Made by a program: the position numbers and the translations under genes
IMG/VR virus record: IMGVR_UViG_3300045988_010351
Reading direction: 5' to 3' (one strand)
DNA length: 64,000 bases
Origin: a virus
Shown: positions 24,218 to 35,600 of the stretch, piece by piece
Numbering within the stretch: position 1 is the stretch's first letter
Layout: each line of letters starts with the position of its first letter
Notes under the pieces: generated by a model
Database searches by the model: none
The model's input: only the letters and a program-made list of their open reading frames with translations
What the model was told of the DNA's origin: nothing

Positions 24218-27200
24218 ATGAGTACAAATCCAACTTGTTTAGTAGTAACTCCTAAAATAAGGGAGTTGGCAGCAAAATTTCCAAATGAGACAGTAGAATC
24301 TGTAAAGAATCTTGTATCATTATGGCAAGCTAAAAATAATAAGTCTACTGAGGATATTCCAATGGGATATGAACTCAATGCTTTTATTCAAGAAATAAGA
24401 AAGGCAGTTCCATCTAAATGGGCAAGAACTGCTGAAAATGGCTATGAAGTTTCTACAAGAGGAGATAAAAGATTTTCTGCTCTTGTAGCTACCTTCAAGA
24501 AAGGCACTGTTATAGATGGTGTTGATGTAGGTGGTAGAACTATTGAAGATGTGTATCAATCTGTCATTAAGAAGAGCAGAAAAGGCCAAGCTCCCTCTAA
24601 AGACTCTAAACTGTATAGAACTTCAGTGAGCAGCTATACTGGAGATATTACTCCAGACGCAAATACTATATTTGTATTTGGTAGTAATCCTGAGGGTAGG
24701 CATGGTGCTGGAGCTGCTAAAATTGCAAGAAAGCAATTTGGAGCTATCTATGGTCAAGGAGAAGGGCTGCAAGGTAGTGCCTATGCTTTACCTACTAAAG
24801 ACCTTAGAGTAACTGAAAATAGAGGACTAAGGAGCATCTCTGAGTCTCAAATCATTGAAAATATCAAGAAACTCTATGAGACTGCAAGACAAAACCCTGA
24901 TAAACAATTTAAGGTAGCTTATAGAAATACTGATAGAGCATCTCTTAATGGCTACACAGGGTTAGAGATGATAGATATGTTCTTGAAAGCTGGCTCTATC
25001 CCCACTAATATAGTATTTAGTAAGGAGTGGGTAGATACTGGAAAGTTCAATCTATCAAGAGATGAACTTGAAGATTTCTCTTACACTGAAGGTTATTTAC
25101 CCTTATGGCAAGAATGGGCAAAGCAAAATCCTGAGTTAATAGATGAGCTTAGAATAAAAGCTAAAGGTAAAACACTTACTGACCAATTTGCTAATACAAG
25201 AGTAAGTCAGGCAAGAGCTTTAGCTGAAATACTCAATAGTCAGAGTGGTAGAGTTAAAGCTACTACTCTTGATGAAGCACTTAGCAGTTCTTTTGATACT
25301 CCAAGGATTACTTCTGTTGAGGAGCAGCAAAAGGTGGACCTACTCTTTGACCCAAAAACAAGAAGAGATAGAGTAACCCTTATTGCAAGATTCTTCAGTA
25401 ATGAAGTTGATAATGCCTTGCAGGAAATGACTGACTCTTTGAAAGGAAGAATTGATGGTGCCAGTGGTGTAGAGAGAGAAGAATTACAGACTGAACTTAA
25501 TAGCTTGGATAGATTCTCTGTTATAAAAAAGTACACTCCTGCTGGTATATTTAAGAGAGTAGCTAACATCTTCAATTCTTATGTACAGGATACAGAGGAG
25601 GGCAGAGTACAGCAAGAACTTAATAAGATTAATGCTGAGGAAAATGCTCTTGTTGAAGCTGGAGAAATAGATGAATCTGAAAGATTTTCTGATGAAGAAA
25701 AGCTGGAAGCAGCCAAGAAGAAAGCTGCTTATAAGAATCAGGAATATAAGAAGATAGTTGGCGACTCTTATGTCTACAAGGCTCTTGCTGAGGAAGCAAG
25801 TACTTTGCTTGTAATGACTGAGGGTATTAGGATAGACCCTAACTACATTGCACCTGCTGATGCAAATCTCAATGATGATGACCCTGAGGGTAACAGTGAG
25901 GTAGATAATGAAGCAGAGGATTGGAAACAAGAAGAGGCTTATAAGGATGGGTGGATGACTAATTTCAGACAAGTAAGTTCACATGAGTCTTTGTCGCAAG
26001 CTGTAAGAAAAGTAATCAGACAAGTACCTAAACTTGATTATGAAGGAATGTATGAAGAGGATGATTTAGGTTTTACAAGATACCTTGATGCTGACTATGT
26101 TCATGCTACTCTTATAGACAAGTTAAGGAACATGATTAACTCTGATGACATGATTCCTTTATTGGAAAATGTGGCTAAGATTAAACCTTGGGTTAATCAA
26201 GTAATAGAATTACTTCAAGGTGATGAGACTTTGTTCTCTCAGTTCTATCAAGACTTCAGAAAGGACTTTATGCCTTACTGGATTCAAAAGAAGAAGATGA
26301 TGCCTGATGGTACTTTCAAGATGGAAACTATTGCCATCAATAAGCCTGAGGGTGTATATTATCTCCTTAATGCTTGGAGAGACAACTATGAGAATGGAGT
26401 ACAACTTGATGATGATAGTGTATATGAGAAGAATGGAGAAATAAATAAGGATAATGCAGTTAAGGGTTTAGAGTGGACTGAATCCTTGAATAATATGTTT
26501 CAAAACCTTGATACAGAGTCCAGACTTCAACTCTTGGAGAGAGAAGATGTATGGAATACCATAATGAAGTTGCTTCATATGTTAGGTATTGATGCCAATC
26601 CTTCTGTATTAAAGACTGCATTAACTGATATAAAGACAGCTCCAGGTATCACATTTACTGACCCAATTATGCTTCTTTTACCACAATTGAATATTATATT
26701 TAGTGGTATTAAGAAGGGAGAAATCAAGTCTGAGACAAGAGAGGATGGTACTGAGAAGAGAGGAGACCTTATCAATACTTTTGGCTCTGCTTACAATATG
26801 ATTGCAAGTATGATGGCAGAAGTAACTGAGGATGCTATTGAAAGTAGTGTTAGAGAAAATGATAAGTCTTACTATTCTCATGTTACTCCTAACTACTTAG
26901 GTAAACTTATTAAGAATCTCAAGAATGTTATGAATGACAAGGAGAGATTTGAACAGTTTATGCAGACTGAGTTCAAAGACTATGAATGGTTCTTTAAGGA
27001 TGGTCATTGGAGAAATGACTGGCTAAGACAGCTTGCAGAGTCTGATGAATTGAGAAAGGGTCTTAATCATAAGGTAGTACTAAATTCTGACAAAGTAGAC
27101 TACGCTAATTGGGATGATTTGGATTATACTTTAGTTCTTCTTACAGAATATTGGGGAGACCCTGACTCTGCAAAGTCAAGTATAAAGTATGCTTGGTATC

Positions 27201-30200
27201 ATGTTCCTATTCTTTCAGATAGCCCTTCTGCTGAATTTATCAGATTCAGAAAGTACACAACAGGTGATGTGCTTGATGAGAATGGTAAGAAGAGAACCTA
27301 CGATGATGTTATCCTTGACAAGCTAGTAGACTTGGTTAATCAAGAGTATGACAGAATCATGCTGGTTAGAGAAAGGGATGAGGCTTATCAGAGTGGAGAT
27401 AAGAGTGTGGAACCTATTGCAAACTATGATATTGTCAGAAAGAAAGATGGTAGTATAAAGAGTATGGGAGGTGCAGAATTTAAGTTCCTTCCTGCACTTA
27501 ACAACCTTAGATATGACAATGGAGAGACATTCATTGATAGGTTAAGCAGACTTAAATCCAAAGGTACTGGTGCTGAACTCAGAAACTTCCTAAGAACTAC
27601 TCTTAATGACATAATGGAAGATGGTTTTGAACAAACCTACAAAGATTGGGTAAGGGTAGGGCTTTTAGATGAACTTCCTAACGGCAAGTACAAGTATCTT
27701 CCTTTTGAAGGCCAGTCCAAGCAGAATGCAATAACTGCAAAGGCACTCATTAAGGCTAAGGATGCTTTAGGTTCATTGTGGAATACCAATATGGGACTGA
27801 TGCTTAGAGCCTATAACAATAATAGTGCTTTTGATAGCAGAGAAGCTAATATTCTAATGGAGCAAATCAAGTCATTACTTACAGATAAGGCAACAAGAGG
27901 TGAGATGGAGTTGAAAGATGCTCAGTCAATCTCAAGAAGTCTGTTTGTTAAGAATAATGCTAAGGATGCACTTAGGGAATACTATTGGAACAGTAAGTTA
28001 GCTACTTCACAAATTATCCAGCTTACTACTACTGACCTTGCTTTCTATAAGAACCTTGAGGACTTTCAGAAAAGATATAAGGAGGTTCATGCTCCTGCTC
28101 TTAGACTGAACACTAAGGCTACTTATAAAGGTGAGAGAATTGGTAGAGATTGGGAAAGAACTATCTACTTGAAGGATGATGAGATAGTATCTTCTGTGCT
28201 TGAAGACATCAAGACTGTACTTGATGAAAAAGTCAAGAAAGGTGAGATGACAAAGATGGACAGAGACAACATCATTTATAAGTTCAAGAAGGTGAATGTG
28301 GCAGATGCTCAGGCATATAGAAGTTTGAGTTCCTATAGGGCAATACTTGGTATGTCAGGTCAGTGGACAGATGATATGGAGCAAGCATATAACAACTTCA
28401 AGAATGGAGATTGGAATATCAAAGACTTCAATATCATTTGGCAGACTAAGAAGCCTTATGTTTATACACAAGTTAATAATAACAGTGGCATTGAAGGTCA
28501 TACTGGAATTAAGACTCCTGTACAGCATAAGAACTCAGAGTTTCTATTACTTGCTATGCATGAGCTAATTGCTGGTCCTTTAGGAAGGTCAAGTAAATTG
28601 AGAGCCATAAATAAGTTTATGGAGGATAATCAGATTGATGTAGTTCAGTTTGAGTCTACCACTAAGGTTGGTAAACAAGGTGTGATAAACTTGAATGATA
28701 AGCTCAATATGACTTCTGAAGAAAAAGCAGAGTTAGATACTAAGTTAAATAATGGAGAAATCAGTAAAGATGAATATGATAAAATTATAGAAGAAAATAC
28801 TGTTCCTGTTACTTCTTATAAAGATACTATGGAGATACTCAAGGAAACTACAGGTATTGGATTTGGTAATGAGAATCCTAATGTAGTACATAAGGTATCT
28901 TATGAAGATTATGGTATTCAGACTGCAACTCCTGAACATGCTATTGATGCAGTTCAGTTGGTAGGTACTCAGATTAGAAAGCTAATTACTGCTGACATCT
29001 CTGATGATACAATCATTGATGTTAATGGTAAAAAGAAGACTAAGAAAGAGTGGCTTGACCTGTATAATGCTATTAATACTGAGAATATTCTTCAAGCATT
29101 TGCTGATGTAGATAAGATATTCAAAGACCCAAAGAAGGTAGAAGAAATTTTACTTGAAGAGATAAGAGGTAATCAAAGATATGGTATAGAAATGATGAGG
29201 GCTTGTACTCTTGATGAGAACAATAACTTCAATATACCTCTCTTTGACCCTGTACAATCTCAAAGAGTGCAGACACTTCTTAATAGTATAATCAAGAGTA
29301 GAATTACTAAACAGAAGATTAGAGGTGGAGCTTTAATTCAGGTATCTGATTATGGCTTGACTGATGAACTTCATGTAGTATTTGAAGGTGAAGGTGCTAA
29401 CAAAAGGATTAAGTATCTTGAATGTTATATGCCTGCATATAGTAGAGAGTTCTATGAGCCTCTTATGAACCCAAATACTCACCAGCTTGATATAACTAAA
29501 CTTCCTGAGGATTTGAGAAAGTTGATTGGATATAGAGTTCCAACAGAGGATAAATATTCAATGGCTCCTCTGTATATTAAGGGATTTCTTCCTCAACAGA
29601 ATGGTTCTGCAATCATGCTTCCTGCTGAGATTACTACTCTATCAGGTTCTGACTTTGATGTGGATAAGATGTATATCATGTTACCTGAGTTTAATATTAA
29701 GAAACTATATAATATCAAGGGAGCTTGGGATGATTTCTATCTTAATAACCCAGATATTGTAGATGAGATTGATAGAAACTTAGGTGAGGCACTTACACAA
29801 TTTATTAAAGAGCAGACTGAAGATTGGGATGAGGCAGCAGACTTGGATGATATAGAAGATATAACAAAAGAGTTTAAGGAATGGTTAAAGAAAGAAGGTA
29901 TTAAAAGATACCAATTCTCTGAAACTGCACAGAAGAGATTCTCTGAATGGTTCAGAACTAATAAGAAGAATTACTTCATTAGGGAAAATATAGAAAAGAT
30001 AAAGTATGACTTCAACAAGTCTCCACAGGAGAATAGTCTTAAAGCAAGAAATAACTTGCTGATAGATATGATGTATGGAGTTCTGACTAATGCAGATACA
30101 GCTTCAAAGATTCTTAACCCAGGTGGCTTTGATTATCAGAAGAAAGCTGCAAGAATTATGACCATTCTCAATGATTCTTATGAGGGTGACTTGGCTCAAG

Positions 30201-32590
30201 CATTAAAGGATGTAGGTGTAGAACTTAATAAGACTGTACAGAAAGGTGAAAAGTCTTATCCTAAGTCTATTGCCTCATATCTATTTGACTTAGACCTTGA
30301 TACTCTTGATAAGTTGGCAGAGAAAACAAAGGTCAAGATGGACCCATTATCACCAAGAACTCAAGTAATGTTACATCAACAAAATATGACTGGTGCTAAG
30401 TTGATTGGTATTTATGCCAACCATAATGCAAACCATGCTTTGATGCAACATACAGCATCCAATGAAGATAAAGGCTTGGCTCTTAGTGAAGAAAATGGCT
30501 CATTTGTATTGAATGGAAAGAGACTTACATCTCTACATGATATTATGAATGGTGACAAGGAATTTATCTCAAAGAATAATGCTGGATTTTTGGCTGCTTC
30601 TGTGGATAATGTTAAAGACCCTGTGCTTGCAGCACTTAATCAGAATACTTTCACTGCTGATGCTTCTATGCTTCTTTCAAGATTAGGTTATAATCCTATT
30701 GAGATAGGTCTGTTAATGATGCAGCCTATAGTTCAAGAGATTACTCAGACCTATTTTAGAGAGAGTAGAGAAGGCAAAGACAAGGATACTATCATAAATG
30801 AAGTACTGGATAAGTATGAGAAGAAGGCTGCTATTAATAATGACTTGGCTTATGATGACTACAAGAAAGATAACTTCTACATTGAAGACCTTGCAGACAA
30901 TATAATGCTTGCTAAGGAAGCTGTTACTGACAGTTCTCAGACTTCTGATTTTAGGAAGATTGAGTTCTATCCGAGACAAGTTGCAGTTGGATATTTGTTC
31001 AAGAGGGTTATGAACTCTGCTGAGGCTTTGAAACAAGTAGTACAAGCTACTAGGGCTGATACTCAAAATGGTGCTGCTGGTCCTACTATTGCAGATACAG
31101 AGTTGAAGATACAGAAAGTGAAAGACCTGCTAGACCAGATAGAGAATAATGACAAATTCCCGTTGGAGAATGCAAATGTTATCAGTGATTCTATTAGTGT
31201 GGATATGTCTATAGAGGATGAGGAGGAGAGAATGAATACTATCAGGAAACAATTACTTGACAGTAAACTTCCTTTCTTGCAGGCATTCTATACATTAGGT
31301 CTTAAAATGACAGAAAACATACTAGGTTCTTACTTCCCTCAATATACTGAATCATTCAGAGCTGTAATTGATAACCTTAGAGACATGACTAAGACAGGTA
31401 AACTAGATGTAAAAACTATGAACAGTGTTTATAATGATTTGCTTGCCTACATCATGTCAAAGAGTAATTTCTTTGGTTCTGAATTGATTGTAAACCCAAA
31501 CTCAGAAGTGGGTGATACTGTTATAACTTCTTCTAATAAGAGAAAGAGTTTTATCAATAGTTTCCCTGAGTATTTCAAGGAAGTAGTTACAGATAATAAG
31601 GATATAGCTGACTTTGAATTTATTAAGAGACTCAAAGTAATTAGGGCAAATGATAATAATCCTGTAGATACAATAGTATTTAAGAATGTAGGCCAGTTAA
31701 GTTCCACTTTGAGAGAAAGATATATGAGAGACTGGGCATCTTTATTATATATGAGTAACCCAGAAGGTCAGAAACTTGCTCTTAACTTATTCAGGTACAG
31801 CTATTATAGGAATGGCTTTGCATTTGGGCCTTCAACCTTTATCCATTTGGCACCTGTAGTAGTAAGAAGAGTTATCCCAGAGTATATAAGTACATTGAGA
31901 ACTCTCTTGTCATCAAGTGATGACTATAGTCAATTTGTAGACCAGTATGTCTATAACCACTTGGATAATAGAAAATTGGTTCCTGAAATCCCTGATACAG
32001 CCTCTGTCCAGTTCATAGGAGAGGATAATGAAGTTAAGGATAAAGTTACATTTGTGATTGATGGTAATGCTACCTTTGGAGATAAGAAAGTTATCAAGAA
32101 AAGGACAGATACTCCTGATGGCCCTGTTTATGATTTCTTTAAGTATATAGGTAGAAGAATCAGAGGAAGTTATGTCTATTACAAACTGTATTCATCAGAT
32201 ACTGAACAAACTAATGTTGCAACCTATGAAAGGATTGAACCATTGGGTTTCAGAAACAGCTTCATTGAATATGAATATGGCAAGGATGTAGAAGAGGTAG
32301 AAACTGTGATTAACAAGAACAAGAAAGATTATGATCCTAATGCTGATACCTTGGCAAGATTTAGTTATGGAGACGATACAACTGATTATGATTCTATGCC
32401 AAATGAAAGTTTGCCTAAAGAGTATTGGGATTCTCTCACAAAAGCAGCTATAGATGCTTTTCATCAAGGATATGGAATTTCTCTTGATACTTCTGACCCA
32501 AAGGCTGATGATGTAACAGCTATCCAGCCTAATACAGAGTATAAGGATGAGAATGGTGATAGTATTTGTGGTGCTCCAACATTATTATAA
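24218..32590 (+). CDS. giant virion-packaged protein (2790 aa), putative crAss-like virion RNA polymerase (beta'-like DPBB catalytic motif)
   Basis: An uninterrupted 8.4 kb ORF. SGSDFDVDKMY at 29650-29664 resembles the NADFDGD-type Asp triad of DPBB RNA polymerases and the DxDGD motif reported for crAss-like vRNAP. The N-terminal region (24677-24718) has an unassigned FGSNPEGRHGAGAA motif. Preceded by its own promoter. Confidence 0.55.
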   Translation: MSTNPTCLVVTPKIRELAAKFPNETVESVKNLVSLWQAKNNKSTEDIPMGYELNAFIQEIRKAVPSKWARTAENGYEVSTRGDKRFSALVATFKKGTVIDGVDVGGRTIEDVYQSVIKKSRKGQAPSKDSKLYRTSVSSYTGDITPDANTIFVFGSNPEGRHGAGAAKIARKQFGAIYGQGEGLQGSAYALPTKDLRVTENRGLRSISESQIIENIKKLYETARQNPDKQFKVAYRNTDRASLNGYTGLEMIDMFLKAGSIPTNIVFSKEWVDTGKFNLSRDELEDFSYTEGYLPLWQEWAKQNPELIDELRIKAKGKTLTDQFANTRVSQARALAEILNSQSGRVKATTLDEALSSSFDTPRITSVEEQQKVDLLFDPKTRRDRVTLIARFFSNEVDNALQEMTDSLKGRIDGASGVEREELQTELNSLDRFSVIKKYTPAGIFKRVANIFNSYVQDTEEGRVQQELNKINAEENALVEAGEIDESERFSDEEKLEAAKKKAAYKNQEYKKIVGDSYVYKALAEEASTLLVMTEGIRIDPNYIAPADANLNDDDPEGNSEVDNEAEDWKQEEAYKDGWMTNFRQVSSHESLSQAVRKVIRQVPKLDYEGMYEEDDLGFTRYLDADYVHATLIDKLRNMINSDDMIPLLENVAKIKPWVNQVIELLQGDETLFSQFYQDFRKDFMPYWIQKKKMMPDGTFKMETIAINKPEGVYYLLNAWRDNYENGVQLDDDSVYEKNGEINKDNAVKGLEWTESLNNMFQNLDTESRLQLLEREDVWNTIMKLLHMLGIDANPSVLKTALTDIKTAPGITFTDPIMLLLPQLNIIFSGIKKGEIKSETREDGTEKRGDLINTFGSAYNMIASMMAEVTEDAIESSVRENDKSYYSHVTPNYLGKLIKNLKNVMNDKERFEQFMQTEFKDYEWFFKDGHWRNDWLRQLAESDELRKGLNHKVVLNSDKVDYANWDDLDYTLVLLTEYWGDPDSAKSSIKYAWYHVPILSDSPSAEFIRFRKYTTGDVLDENGKKRTYDDVILDKLVDLVNQEYDRIMLVRERDEAYQSGDKSVEPIANYDIVRKKDGSIKSMGGAEFKFLPALNNLRYDNGETFIDRLSRLKSKGTGAELRNFLRTTLNDIMEDGFEQTYKDWVRVGLLDELPNGKYKYLPFEGQSKQNAITAKALIKAKDALGSLWNTNMGLMLRAYNNNSAFDSREANILMEQIKSLLTDKATRGEMELKDAQSISRSLFVKNNAKDALREYYWNSKLATSQIIQLTTTDLAFYKNLEDFQKRYKEVHAPALRLNTKATYKGERIGRDWERTIYLKDDEIVSSVLEDIKTVLDEKVKKGEMTKMDRDNIIYKFKKVNVADAQAYRSLSSYRAILGMSGQWTDDMEQAYNNFKNGDWNIKDFNIIWQTKKPYVYTQVNNNSGIEGHTGIKTPVQHKNSEFLLLAMHELIAGPLGRSSKLRAINKFMEDNQIDVVQFESTTKVGKQGVINLNDKLNMTSEEKAELDTKLNNGEISKDEYDKIIEENTVPVTSYKDTMEILKETTGIGFGNENPNVVHKVSYEDYGIQTATPEHAIDAVQLVGTQIRKLITADISDDTIIDVNGKKKTKKEWLDLYNAINTENILQAFADVDKIFKDPKKVEEILLEEIRGNQRYGIEMMRACTLDENNNFNIPLFDPVQSQRVQTLLNSIIKSRITKQKIRGGALIQVSDYGLTDELHVVFEGEGANKRIKYLECYMPAYSREFYEPLMNPNTHQLDITKLPEDLRKLIGYRVPTEDKYSMAPLYIKGFLPQQNGSAIMLPAEITTLSGSDFDVDKMYIMLPEFNIKKLYNIKGAWDDFYLNNPDIVDEIDRNLGEALTQFIKEQTEDWDEAADLDDIEDITKEFKEWLKKEGIKRYQFSETAQKRFSEWFRTNKKNYFIRENIEKIKYDFNKSPQENSLKARNNLLIDMMYGVLTNADTASKILNPGGFDYQKKAARIMTILNDSYEGDLAQALKDVGVELNKTVQKGEKSYPKSIASYLFDLDLDTLDKLAEKTKVKMDPLSPRTQVMLHQQNMTGAKLIGIYANHNANHALMQHTASNEDKGLALSEENGSFVLNGKRLTSLHDIMNGDKEFISKNNAGFLAASVDNVKDPVLAALNQNTFTADASMLLSRLGYNPIEIGLLMMQPIVQEITQTYFRESREGKDKDTIINEVLDKYEKKAAINNDLAYDDYKKDNFYIEDLADNIMLAKEAVTDSSQTSDFRKIEFYPRQVAVGYLFKRVMNSAEALKQVVQATRADTQNGAAGPTIADTELKIQKVKDLLDQIENNDKFPLENANVISDSISVDMSIEDEEERMNTIRKQLLDSKLPFLQAFYTLGLKMTENILGSYFPQYTESFRAVIDNLRDMTKTGKLDVKTMNSVYNDLLAYIMSKSNFFGSELIVNPNSEVGDTVITSSNKRKSFINSFPEYFKEVVTDNKDIADFEFIKRLKVIRANDNNPVDTIVFKNVGQLSSTLRERYMRDWASLLYMSNPEGQKLALNLFRYSYYRNGFAFGPSTFIHLAPVVVRRVIPEYISTLRTLLSSSDDYSQFVDQYVYNHLDNRKLVPEIPDTASVQFIGEDNEVKDKVTFVIDGNATFGDKKVIKKRTDTPDGPVYDFFKYIGRRIRGSYVYYKLYSSDTEQTNVATYERIEPLGFRNSFIEYEYGKDVEEVETVINKNKKDYDPNADTLARFSYGDDTTDYDSMPNESLPKEYWDSLTKAAIDAFHQGYGISLDTSDPKADDVTAIQPNTEYKDENGDSICGAPTLL

Positions 32591-32607
32591 CAATTTATAT
32601 AATAAAC

Positions 32608-35600
32608 ATGGCAAGAAGTTGTGCAATTATTCCAAAGGTAAAGAATAGGAATGGTCAAGTAGTGGATAGCAAGTTATTTAAGGACTTGCTATCCTTCACT
32701 TCAAATAACAGAAGTGAAGCTATAAGACTATATCTTATCACAAAAAGCAATCAGTTCATAAAGGACTGGCAACCAAGATTAACATTAGATGAAAACAATG
32801 AACCTACATTGAGAAGTCTACTAAAGCAGACTAATATCAGTGAAGTTATTCCAGAAACTAAAGTACTTGAAAGGCTTAATAGAGAAATAGGGTACTATAA
32901 GAAAGGAATGGACAGACCAGCCCTATGGGAAAACAATGATGAAAATTATCAAAAGTTGAAACAAAGGGCTATAGCCTTTAATCAAAACTCAGAGTATAGG
33001 GATGATTATGTGGCTAATATAATCAAGATACAAGATTCTGAATCTCCAAGAGTATTCATTGGAGTAAAGGTTGAGAAAAGAAATAGGCTTAACTCTGTCA
33101 ATGCGGATAAGATGGAATACAATGAAAACCTTAATAATAGGTTGAGAGGTATTCTTGAATCTCATGGTATAGGGATAGGTGCTTTGACTGACCTTGAAAG
33201 GAGAATGGGTATTCATGGTGTAACTGATTTTGATGTTGCAAGAAATGCAGCAAATGGTCTTGTTGAAATGATTAGGCTTGCTAATGGTATTCAAGGTGAG
33301 AGAGCACTTCCCGAGGAATTTGCACACTTTGCCATTGAAGCTATGGGAGATAATCCACTTATCAATAGACTTATCAATAACATATCTTCCAATGGACTGG
33401 CAAGAGAAATTATAGGTGAGGACTATGATACCTATGATACTCTATATCATAGTGATGAGGCTAAGTTGGCAAAAGAAGCTGCGGGTAAACTACTTGCAAA
33501 GCATCTTCTTCAAGGTGAGAATATTCCATCTGCTCCTTATAAGAATCTGCTGCAAAGGGTGATTCAAGCAGTCAAGAATTTCTTTAAGAATATTAATGCA
33601 AGTCCTATACAAAGAGCCATAAGGGAGGCTGACAAGAACTTTGGTTCTTTAGCACAGCAAATACTTAATGGCAGCATGGATGAGGTTATTGACATTGGCA
33701 ATATTACCTCAAGTGGAGTGTTTTATAATACCTCAGAGAGAGTGGCAAGAGATAAAAAGCTGCTTCAAGGAGTCATTGAGAATGAGTTAAAGAGGTTGAA
33801 GATTTATGAAAAGAGAAATCCTAATAGCCAGTTTAGTGTTAATCAAAGGTTACTCATTGATAGATTGGAGACTGAATTAGCTGATAACAATGAGATTGAG
33901 GGTATTTATGTTTTTGTTGAGAATGCTCTTGAAGAATTAACCAAGGTAAATAACAGACTTACTATGTTACAGAATACTCCTGCTACTAATGTCAATGAGA
34001 GAGCTGGTGTTCTAAGAGATGTCAGAAACTACTTGTACAGTTATAAGCATATTACTGATGATATTAGGAAGGCTCTTATTGATGAAGAGAGATATGCAGA
34101 CAATAGATATGGTCAGAGAGTAAGGGTAGTATTAGACAACACAACTACACTACTTGGAGACTTGTTTGTCAGATACAACAATGTAGCAATGCCTCTTTTT
34201 GTTGATTTCATTAAGCCTTTTGTGGGAGAGAGTATAACTGTTCCCTTTGGCAAGTTCAAGGGTAAGACTATGACTGCTGAAAGCTTGGTGAAGGTAGCTG
34301 ATAAGGACATATCTTTCTTTGACAGATGGCTTGATTCTATGGCAGACTCTTCAGATTATATGCTGAAAGTTATGGACCAAGCTGTCAAGAAGAGTAAAGA
34401 AAATGCAAGGTTAGAGACTATCAATGTTATGAAGGAGCTTCAAGCTGCTACCATTAAGTTAGAGCAAGCTGGAGTTAAGAACACTGATTGGATGTTTGAA
34501 AGAGACAGTAAAGGTAATCTTACAGGTAATTATATCTCTGAGATTAACCAGGGTCTATTCAAGGAGAAAGTCAGGGAAATGTTCAAGTCTCTCAATGAAA
34601 AATATGGTAAGAATCCTGTAGGAGATAATGCAGAGAAGTACAGAAAAGAGAGACAAGCTTGGTTTGATGCTAATATGGAAGTAGTCAATGGAAAGAAGCA
34701 ACCTAAAGTATCAATCTATGGCAATAAGGCTTATCAGAACTTGAGTCCTGTTCAGAAAGAATACTACAATAGGATTATGGAGATAAAAGCCAAGCTGGAT
34801 TCATACCTTCCTGACAAGTACACTACCTTAACTAATGCAGTTAAAATCAGAAAGGACTTACTTGAAAGAGTAAAGGCTTCTGATGGTGTAAGGTCAGGTA
34901 GTACACAAGTATGGGAAGCTGTTAAAGACCAATTCATTAGAAGGACAGATGACACTGAGTTTGGAGATAGGGCTACAGTAAAGGACTTTGAAGGTAAAGA
35001 GGTACAAGTACTTCCTATCTACTATACTAAGATGAAAGAGGGTGAAAGTCCTAATGACCTATCTACTGATATAGTATCTACTCTCACAGCTTATGCAGCT
35101 ATGGCTAATGACTTCAATGAAATGAATAAAGTAATTGATGTTCTTGAGCTTGGTAGGGATATGCTAAAGGAGAGGGAGATTATACAGACAAGGGGTGGTA
35201 AACCACTGGTTGAAAAGTTCAAGTCTGTAGGTAGGAAAGTTGAATCTACTCTCACTAAATCTGGTGATGAAACAAGGTTCATGCAGAGACTGAATGACTT
35301 CTTTGAAATGCAAGTCTATGGTAGGTATATGGCTGATGAGGGCACATTTGGTAATACCAAGATTGATAAAGGAAAGGTAGCTAACTTTGTTAATAGAATT
35401 ACTTCTCTTAATATGTTAGGTCTAAACCTGTTAAGTGGTATATCAAATGTTACTACTGGTAAAATTATGATGAGAATTGAGTCCTTTGCAGGTGAGTTCT
35501 ATAATGAATCTAATACCTTAATAGCTGACAGGAATTATGGTAAAGCATTGCCAGAGTACTTAGCTGAGATAGGTAACAGAGTTAAGACAAGTAAACTTGC

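Noticed and set aside
24677-24718. N-terminal FGSNPEGRHGAGAA motif of the 2790 aa protein as a peptidyl-tRNA hydrolase (Pth) active-site loop
   Set aside because: Only the short GxNPG/RH.AG resemblance is present. The spacing differs from Pth (the EYxxT segment is missing) and the downstream Pth Asp region is not recognisable. Left unassigned.
24320-32467. Short - strand ORFs inside the 2790 aa + strand gene, and similar antisense ORFs inside polA, nrdD, dnaB and the structural genes
   Set aside because: Same reasoning: embedded antisense ORFs with Leu/Ser/Ile-rich translations, and no start context or terminators.
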